NCBI GenBank assembly: GCA_031426355.1
Contig: JANPLD010000010.1
Span: 14,968-78,967, forward strand
Length of the DNA stretch: 64,000 bases
Direction of reading: 5' to 3'
Source: Alphaproteobacteria bacterium
GTDB taxonomy: Bacteria > Pseudomonadota > Alphaproteobacteria > Rickettsiales > UBA8987
The translations under genes were made by a program, and so were the position numbers. This document shows positions 57,794-64,000 of the stretch, in pieces (position 1 is the first letter of the stretch; the number at the start of each line of letters is the position of its first letter). The notes under the pieces are model-generated. The model did no database searches. It had not been told where the DNA came from and was given only the letters and a program-made list of their open reading frames with translations.

Positions 57794-58126
57794 CCTCGCA
57801 AGAGGATATGGTGATAAACGCTTTCTCGTAATAAGCACATTGGACCCGGGGGCGGTACCCGGCGGCTCCACCACCAGAAGATAATATTTGTCTTCTGCTG
57901 ATGGGGTCGAAATAGGCTTGACAGTTGCAGTAAAGGTTTAAGTTTTGCCCGGCGAGATATAGCCGCTAAACGTTTCGAAATCATAAATGCAAACGACAAT
58001 TTTGCAGTTGCAGCAAACGACAATTTTGCTGTAGCAACTCTTAAAGCTGCCTAGTTGATCCTCAATGAGGATCTAAAGGTGTTTTAGGAAAGGGGCCCGC
58101 GGGGGGCCTAGCAACAGAACCCCCGC
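57794..58126 (+). ncRNA. ssrA: Two-piece (circularly permuted) tmRNA gene: acceptor piece ~57794-57873, intervening hairpin 57874-57902, coding piece 57903-~58126
   Basis: The T-arm is CCGGG/GGCGGTA/CCCGG followed by CGGCTCC-ACCA (ending at 57873). GGGGTCG at 57903 pairs with CGGCTCC and includes a G3:U pair. The tag frame GCA AAC GAC AAT TTT.. (ANDNFA..) runs 57989-58051 with TAG at 58052. Next comes helix GATCCTC-AAT-GAGGATC, then the terminal hairpin GCGGGGG..CCCCCGC plus a T-rich tail. Outer boundaries are approximate. Confidence 0.8.
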
Positions 58127-58151
58127 ATATTTTCCATCTATAAAAACAATC

Positions 58152-58580
58152 ATGACAATATTAATCTCTATCATTTTATCACTGGTATTTGCAGTTCTGA
58201 ATCTAGAATCTGCGGTAATATTTTTTCTTTGCGGATATATCCTTGCAAAAAATCTTCCTGAAAATTCATCTGGAAGCATAAAAGATAAAACCAGAATTCT
58301 TCTCCCCGCTATTGCCGTAACAGTAGTGATATTGGGAAGACATTTGAATACATATCTTCATGGTTCTTTCCCAGCATCTTTTTGGCTCTCGGTTTTTGCT
58401 ATATCTTTAAATGTTTTTTTATTTGGTTTTCTATTCCTTCAGCTTGAAAAAATCTCAGTAAAAAATTCTTTTGAAATAATTTTAAAGAAATTTTCCGTCA
58501 TCATGGCTGTCTGCCTGGTGATAAAATTATTTTCTATTTTTTATAATTCATTTCATATGAATTATTATCCGTTCAATTAA
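58152..58580 (+). CDS. Hypothetical integral membrane protein
   Basis: 142 aa with ~4 hydrophobic segments and no recognisable motif. Confidence 0.45.
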   Translation: MTILISIILSLVFAVLNLESAVIFFLCGYILAKNLPENSSGSIKDKTRILLPAIAVTVVILGRHLNTYLHGSFPASFWLSVFAISLNVFLFGFLFLQLEKISVKNSFEIILKKFSVIMAVCLVIKLFSIFYNSFHMNYYPFN

Positions 58581-58869
58581 CATTTGCTGTTTATCATTTT
58601 AAAAAAATAACGTTTCCCACCTAAGTTTTTGAAATGAAGTTTTATGTTTGATACACGGAAATTTTTTTAAAAATTTCACAAAATTTTTTGTCAGGCTTTA
58701 CGCCATAATTTTCTGTCAACACAAATACTTTTATAAAAGATTTTTATTTCTGTTTACCTCCCCGCGTTTTTTTGTAGATTCACATTCCACCTTTTGATGA
58801 TTATTCGAGATTGGCTTTTGAGGCTGATTTCGCTTAGTAGTTGAAAATTTGATACAGGCAAAATTTATT

Positions 58870-59286
58870 ATGGAAAACTTTAAGAATATCTCTGCTAAAC
58901 AAGCGTTTGATGTTCTAAAAAATGAAAAAAATTCTTACCTGATTGATGTAAGGACTTTACCGGAATGGAATTTTTGCGGCATACCAAATTTATCATCAAT
59001 CGGTAAGGAAGTTATTTTAATTTCGTGGATGTTTTATCCGCGTATGGAATTGAATAATGAATTTTGGGATCAGGTTGAAAAAAACATTCCTGATAAAGAT
59101 TCAAAGATTTTTTTCCTTTGTAAAGTTGGTGGCAGGTCAGCTGATGCAGCAATTAATATGTCAGAAAGGGGATATAATAATTGTTACAATATAGTTGCCG
59201 GTTTTGAAGGTGATAAAAATGAAAACGGTTGCAGGGGTAAAATAAACGGCTGGAAGGCTGAAAATTTACCTTGGTATCAAAATTAA
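58870..59286 (+). CDS. Rhodanese-domain protein (single domain)
   Basis: Active-site loop CKVGGRS, plus DVRT..E and GW. I prefer the ATG at 58870 (MENFKN) over the listed TTG at 58849. Confidence 0.75.
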   Translation: MENFKNISAKQAFDVLKNEKNSYLIDVRTLPEWNFCGIPNLSSIGKEVILISWMFYPRMELNNEFWDQVEKNIPDKDSKIFFLCKVGGRSADAAINMSERGYNNCYNIVAGFEGDKNENGCRGKINGWKAENLPWYQN

Positions 59287-59307
59287 AATTTTAGGTCTTA
59301 TATATAA

Positions 59308-60726
59308 ATGTCATTATTAAGCGTACATACTGAAACAGATAACACCTCAGGAACAATTGCAGAATTGTGGAGCAGGGTATGTAATAAATTTGCGGAGCTT
59401 CAGGGCAACGCGGTTTATAACAACTGGCTTAAGCCACTCACTCTGGATTCTATTGAGAACGGCTTTGCTATCATGTCTAGCCCTTCAAGGTTCATTAAAG
59501 ACTGGGTAATATCAAACTACACTTATGCTTTAGGCAGGATACTTGCTGAAGAAATATCCGGCTTTAAAGCATTTGATATTCTTGTTAGGAAAAGTTCTCC
59601 GGCGCATATTAATAATGCAGGTTCCGCAGTTATCAGGTCTAATGAGATTAAGCAGCAGGCTCTGGATCTGGGGGAAGTTAAGCAAAATAAATTCACTGAC
59701 CTTCTTGCTAACAGGCTTGATTCAAAATTCTCTTTTGACAATCTTGTTATCTGCGAATCTAATATTCTGGCTGGTAACGCCGCGATGAAAATTGCTGACA
59801 ATGATGATTGTGATTCACTTTCACCTTTATTCATTCACAGCAAAGTGGGAATGGGCAAAACCCATATTATGCAGGCTGTTGCTAACAGGGCAATGCAGAA
59901 TAAATCTTACGGTAAGATATTATATCTCTCAGCTGAAAAATTCATGTTCTCTTATGTGCGCGCGCTAAAAGAGAATTCCATGATAGACTTTAAAGATTTC
60001 GTACGCTCGGTAGATTTATTGCTGATCGATGATATCCAGTTCATTTGCGGTAAGCAGAACTTTCAGGAAGAGTTTATCCACACGGTAAGTGCAGTTATTG
60101 ATGCTGGCGGTAAAGTTATACTCTCTGCCGATAAATCCCCTAACAGGATGGACGGCCTTGATGATAGGATCAAATCCCGTCTGGCTGGCGGTCTGATAGC
60201 TGATATAAAACCTTATAACCCTGAAGATATATTCAATATCCTTAAATCAAAAGCAGATATTTCCAAAACCCATATCGCAGAAAATATCCTGAAGCTGATC
60301 GCTGATAATGTTTCTGAAAGTATCAGGGAAGCAGAGGGTGTACTCAATAAAATTATCCAGACCTCAAAGCTTACCAATAAAGAGATCAATATGGATCTTG
60401 GTGTTTCGATAATAAAATCAGCCTATGTTTCTGCTAAAAAAGAAGTTACGCTTGATGATATTAAAAAGCTTATCTGCCAGAAATTCTCCCTTACCCAAAC
60501 AGAGATAGAATCTGCAACAAGGCTTAAAAAAATATCTGAAGCCCGCCAGATAGCAATGTACCTTGCGAAGAAAACCACCACTAAAAGCTTCCCTGAGATA
60601 GGCAGGTTCTTTGGTGGTAAAGACCACGCAACTGTTATCCATGCCGTAAAGAAGATCGAAAAGATGATAGCGGAAAACCCTAACTTCGAAAACCTTGTTT
60701 CCAACCTCTCTGCTGGTTTAGTATAA
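59308..60726 (+). CDS. dnaA: Chromosomal replication initiator protein DnaA
   Basis: AAA+ Walker A GMGKTH, Walker B LLIDDIQF, domain IV (SEARQIAMYL.K..T..S.PEIG..FGGKDHATV.HA..KI), and the N-terminal W....L domain. Confidence 0.95.
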   Translation: MSLLSVHTETDNTSGTIAELWSRVCNKFAELQGNAVYNNWLKPLTLDSIENGFAIMSSPSRFIKDWVISNYTYALGRILAEEISGFKAFDILVRKSSPAHINNAGSAVIRSNEIKQQALDLGEVKQNKFTDLLANRLDSKFSFDNLVICESNILAGNAAMKIADNDDCDSLSPLFIHSKVGMGKTHIMQAVANRAMQNKSYGKILYLSAEKFMFSYVRALKENSMIDFKDFVRSVDLLLIDDIQFICGKQNFQEEFIHTVSAVIDAGGKVILSADKSPNRMDGLDDRIKSRLAGGLIADIKPYNPEDIFNILKSKADISKTHIAENILKLIADNVSESIREAEGVLNKIIQTSKLTNKEINMDLGVSIIKSAYVSAKKEVTLDDIKKLICQKFSLTQTEIESATRLKKISEARQIAMYLAKKTTTKSFPEIGRFFGGKDHATVIHAVKKIEKMIAENPNFENLVSNLSAGLV

Positions 60727-60799
60727 AATTAACTGTAGGATTTCTGTTGTAATAATGATGTTTTTCTTACATCTTGTTCCCGCATCTATACCTGTTTGA

Positions 60800-61525
60800 A
60801 TGTTTGAATTACTGAATAAGCGCGAAGAGAATAAAGCCCATAAACCTCATTTTCTGGGGCATCGTAAGCGTTTAAAAGAAAGGTTTTTGAACGCTCTTAC
60901 TACAAATTCGACTTCATCCATTGCCGATTATGAGATATTGGAGATCGTATTATTTACCGCTTTCCCAAGACAGGATGTAAAGCCACTTGCAAAAGAAATT
61001 CTCGAAAGGGCAGGTTCCATCGCAAAGCTCATATCACTTGAACCTATCGTTCTTGAAAAGCAATATAAACTCAACCAGTCTGCCATAACTTCTCTAAAAG
61101 CAGTTTATGAATTATCACTCCGCGCTTTAAAGGAAGAGGCTAAAACAAAACCGGTACTTCAAAGTTGGAAGGCACTTTTAGATTATTGCAGGCTTGCTAT
61201 GGCCAGCTCCCAGAAAGAACAGTTCCGCCTTTTATTCCTGGATAAGAAAAATAAATTACTAGCTGACGAAGTGCAGCAGACCGGCACTGTAGATCAGACA
61301 CCGATATATCCGCGCGAAGTAGTTAAACGCGCTCTAGAGCTTGGTGCATCGGCGCTTATCATGGTTCATAACCACCCTTCAGGTGATCCTACGCCTTCAA
61401 AATCTGATATTGAGATGACTGAGGGTGTTGAGAAAGCTCTTCAGGCAGTTGATATTAACCTTCACGATCATTTGATAATCGCTGCTGATGCACATTTTTC
61501 TTTTGCGGGGAATGGACTGCTTTAA
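60800..61525 (+). CDS. radC: RadC-family JAB-domain protein
   Basis: GHRKRL N-terminus, an HhH-like middle, and the C-terminal JAMM motif HNHPSGDPTPS..D. Confidence 0.9.
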   Translation: MFELLNKREENKAHKPHFLGHRKRLKERFLNALTTNSTSSIADYEILEIVLFTAFPRQDVKPLAKEILERAGSIAKLISLEPIVLEKQYKLNQSAITSLKAVYELSLRALKEEAKTKPVLQSWKALLDYCRLAMASSQKEQFRLLFLDKKNKLLADEVQQTGTVDQTPIYPREVVKRALELGASALIMVHNHPSGDPTPSKSDIEMTEGVEKALQAVDINLHDHLIIAADAHFSFAGNGLL

Positions 61526-61530
61526 TTTGT

Positions 61531-61602
61531 CTGGGATTAGGACTAGGGAATTCTTTTGGGGGGAGAAGTGAACTTCTTTGAATTCCCTAGCCGTAATCTC
61601 AG
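61531..61602. terminator. Long nested hairpin between convergent radC and the autotransporter gene
   Basis: ctgggattaggactagggaattc (61531-61553) and gaattccctagccgtaatctcag (61580-61602) are complementary at 20 of 23 positions. There is an inner gaagt/acttc stem and a T-rich stretch after the left arm. Confidence 0.5.
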
Positions 61603-61656
61603 ATTACACCATAATGGTTAAATAAAGGTTAAAATATAACATTTATTTTAATAAAA

Positions 61657-64000
61657 TTAAAATTCGTGTTTTATCATTCCAAGTACAGTGTAACCAATGC
61701 CGTTTGTAGCAGTATGGTTAGGGTTTTTAACCGCTTCACCTGATACTATAACATCTGTATCCTGATTAACCTCTTTAGCATATGAAGTATGTAATTTTAC
61801 AGTTCTTGAGCTAGGAGCAAGGGATTCAGCAAAACTGTTTCTGGTTGCCACGCCGCCTTCTTCCATTCCATAAGTCATTCCTCTAATAGTACCACTTTCA
61901 ACTTTTAAAGGTTGGCTAAGCGCCATAGTTATACGGTCATTACCAAATACTTCTTTTCTGGTAAAACCAAGGTTAAATGAGCTTGATACTATATTGCTTG
62001 CTTCTGAAAATGCTGCATCCTGTGAAGGGGTTGTTTTACTGAATCCTGCATAACCTTCCGCAAAGAAGCTCCATTTATCATTAGCATCATAATTCATGCT
62101 AAGGCCAGTGAACATAGTGCTGGAATTGTTGTTCGTATCAAAGATACCGCCAGTTTGAACGCCGAATAGACTGTCATTTTCCGCTATGTAACCTTGTTTA
62201 AGGCCAAGAGTTAATTTGCTTGAAGGTTTGAAATTTAGTTCAGCCATTCCACCTGCGTAATCAAGGCCATAATCATTTTCTGCAATAAAGGCTGTAAAGG
62301 TAGAATTAACGTTATCAGATATCCTGAATTTCATTTGTGATGCAGTTGACTGGATATTTTTTACATAAGCAAAATATGGGATAGAAAAATCTTCAGAGCT
62401 TATGAATTCATTTGAACTGAAAGACCTGTCATTATTAGTGAATAGATTATTGAGGTCTGAAGTCAGACCTGAAGTTCCCGAAATATTCTTACTAAGCTCA
62501 TAAGTTCCAAGTGCAACTATAGGCATACCGCCAGAGATAGCCTGGGTATTATCTGTCTGAACTGCTGCAAGTGTAATATCATCAAACTTAAGGGTGATCT
62601 TGTCAGATATTGATGCTTGAAGTAATTTTTCTGAGGCAGGGTTTTTGAAATTTTTATAATTGGTAACCAGATCATCTTTGAATCTTGCAACTGGCGCCGC
62701 ACCAATATCAAAATACCTGCTAAGGTCATCAACCATCATAACTGAAACACCTTCTTTTTCTGCTGAGCCGCTGTAGCTATCACCAAAGGCAGACATAGTA
62801 GAAGATGTTGTAACATAGCTTGGTGTGAACGCGCTGGTGAATGCTCCGCTACCAGTTAACACCGTTGGGTTAGTATCTCCTTTTGTTGGGTCAACCATGA
62901 ACTGAGCTTGCGGAATACCCCATCCGTAAATTTCATCAACTCCTTCTTCCCCAATATCTTTTGAGAATTTTTTGGTAATATTAAGAACCTGCCTTGTGGT
63001 AAGTGTTGGCCATAAACTCCAGAAAGCTGCGAAGAATCCTTGCGCCGCAGGTGCTGCATATGAAGTTCCTCGTAAACTTGGTCCCACTTGTCCTTCTACT
63101 GGCATTGCAAAACATTGATCTTTTGTTGAGCCGCAAATCTGCGCATATGGTGCTCTGGTAAGGGAATTTGGATCAATAGCAGTAACTGCTACAACATTGT
63201 TACTTGAGCTTGCAAACATGGCAGGATAACCTGGCCTGGTAGTTATTCCTTCATTTTGATAACCATTTCCTGTTGCTACCGTTATAATGGTTTGAGCCCT
63301 GTTATATAAGCTTCCAAAATCTGCTGAAGGAGACCCATTAGGAGTGTTTGTCCCTAAGCTATAATTTACGACAGCCGGTTTACCAGCGGTAAGTTTTGAA
63401 GCAACGAAGGTAGAGGCACCTCCAACCTGTGCTCCAGAAAATGTTGAAGAGAAAATAAATTTATCGGCCCCTGGCGCGGCGCCCATCATTGTGCCATCAT
63501 CGTCTATTCCACCTGCAACTACCATGGTACTTGCGCCATGATGCATATTCTTTATGCTGCCATCAGGTAATCTTACGGGAATATAATCATGCCTGATATC
63601 ATCTTTAAAAGAATGGCAATCACCATTGGGAGTTAAGCTACTCCAAGTGCAGTTTGAACCTTGGGGAACTGAGTTTTGTGTATTATATCTACCAATAACT
63701 TTGCTTGAATCTATAACGCTGCCTATTTGTGATATCATATTGCCTTGGCTATTTGGACCCCAGTCAACTGTTCCAAGTTCAACTCCACGCCCTATTTCTG
63801 CGTTGTTTGAAAATTTTGCAGCAATATATTTGAACTGTGTTATTCCTAAATAATTGCCGTTTGAATCATCAAGCCCAGATATCGAATTAGGGTTCCTTTT
63901 ATCAGCTATAGGCTGCCTGCCATAAGTTACATCTGAACCGCTATTTGAAGAGCCACCTGAGGTATTAGATGAACCTGAGGTATTAGATGAACCTGAGGTA
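61657..64000 (-). CDS. Autotransporter with subtilisin-like (S8) serine protease passenger; the 5' end lies beyond the window
   Basis: By hand translation the frame stays open upstream of the listed ATG (63738) to nt 64000. S8 motifs are present: Asp region VELGTVDWG, His region HHGASTMVVAG, Asn region VVNYSLG, ATGNG, and Ser region GTSYAAPAAQG. The C-terminal ~270 aa alternate in beta-strand fashion and end in an aromatic residue (..MIKHEF), typical of an autotransporter barrel. Confidence 0.8.
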   Translation of the reverse strand, partial: TSGSSNTSGSSNTSGGSSNSGSDVTYGRQPIADKRNPNSISGLDDSNGNYLGITQFKYIAAKFSNNAEIGRGVELGTVDWGPNSQGNMISQIGSVIDSSKVIGRYNTQNSVPQGSNCTWSSLTPNGDCHSFKDDIRHDYIPVRLPDGSIKNMHHGASTMVVAGGIDDDGTMMGAAPGADKFIFSSTFSGAQVGGASTFVASKLTAGKPAVVNYSLGTNTPNGSPSADFGSLYNRAQTIITVATGNGYQNEGITTRPGYPAMFASSSNNVVAVTAIDPNSLTRAPYAQICGSTKDQCFAMPVEGQVGPSLRGTSYAAPAAQGFFAAFWSLWPTLTTRQVLNITKKFSKDIGEEGVDEIYGWGIPQAQFMVDPTKGDTNPTVLTGSGAFTSAFTPSYVTTSSTMSAFGDSYSGSAEKEGVSVMMVDDLSRYFDIGAAPVARFKDDLVTNYKNFKNPASEKLLQASISDKITLKFDDITLAAVQTDNTQAISGGMPIVALGTYELSKNISGTSGLTSDLNNLFTNNDRSFSSNEFISSEDFSIPYFAYVKNIQSTASQMKFRISDNVNSTFTAFIAENDYGLDYAGGMAELNFKPSSKLTLGLKQGYIAENDSLFGVQTGGIFDTNNNSSTMFTGLSMNYDANDKWSFFAEGYAGFSKTTPSQDAAFSEASNIVSSSFNLGFTRKEVFGNDRITMALSQPLKVESGTIRGMTYGMEEGGVATRNSFAESLAPSSRTVKLHTSYAKEVNQDTDVIVSGEAVKNPNHTATNGIGYTVLGMIKHEF
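63953..64000. repeat. 18-nt tandem repeat (at least 2.7 units, continuing off-window) in the 5' part of the autotransporter gene
   Basis: ccacctgaggtattagat / gaacctgaggtattagat / gaacctgaggta.. encodes Ser/Gly/Thr/Asn-rich (TSGSSN)n on the minus strand. Confidence 0.8.

Noticed and set aside
57775-58279. ORFs 57775-58023 (-), 57501-57728 (-) and 58073-58279 (-) as protein genes.
   Set aside because: They overlap the tmRNA gene or the dprA 3' end and its hairpin, and their translations are implausible.
58581-59307. Possible chromosomal origin (oriC) in the AT-rich region upstream of dnaA, including the 290-nt spacer before the rhodanese gene.
   Set aside because: I found no TTATCCACA/TGTGGATAA-like boxes with two or fewer mismatches and no clustered repeats by eye. 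In Alphaproteobacteria the origin is commonly not next to dnaA. A computed GC-skew and DnaA-box scan of the whole chromosome would be needed.
60074-60082. Perfect DnaA box TTATCCACA.
   Set aside because: It lies inside the dnaA coding sequence and is a single copy. A given 9-mer is expected roughly once every two windows of this size by chance (both strands).

Overview
This is a visibly AT-rich, tightly packed bacterial chromosomal segment with about 60 protein genes. Most intergenic gaps are under 100 nt, and several convergent genes abut or overlap. The content is almost entirely core housekeeping. In order: cysI (cut by the window start), ssb, serA, glnE, bcp, glmM, rpoN, ruvX, hisF-hisE, msrB-msrA, trxB, pth-murE-murF-mraY, lysA, thiL, dnaX-ybaB, purF, purL, rpe, uvrD, a sigma-54 activator, a TrxR-like FNR, lepB-rnc-era-cheW-cheD, motA, fabI, a 17-kDa-antigen-type lipoprotein, suhB, efp, metZ, a GGDEF/EAL protein, plsY, dprA, a two-piece (circularly permuted) tmRNA gene, dnaA, radC, and a subtilase autotransporter that runs off the window end. 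The permuted ssrA with an ANDNFA-type tag, the Rickettsia-like 17-kDa antigen homologue and the gene content suggest an AT-rich alphaproteobacterium (inference). I recognised no rRNA, tRNA, CRISPR array, transposase, integrase or prophage module. I did not find a convincing multi-gene novel system; this is mostly ordinary core genome. The leads worth a second look are: (1) dnaX is split exactly at an A9 run, so the 0 frame gives a gamma-sized product and only a -1 shift restores the tau C-terminus (recoding or a homopolymer error). (2) The tmRNA tag frame carries a 24-nt in-frame tandem duplication. (3) A small GIY-YIG ORF bracketed by ~30-nt inverted repeats is wedged between murE and murF. 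(4) A 28-nt direct repeat duplicating the uvrD start brackets ~600 bp that carry a frameshifted ORF. (5) MsrB and MsrA both have signal peptides. (6) cheW-cheD are appended to the lepB-rnc-era operon. There are also several AT-rich orphan ORFs. All calls come from reading the translated ORFs and recalling family motifs; no database search or computation was run.
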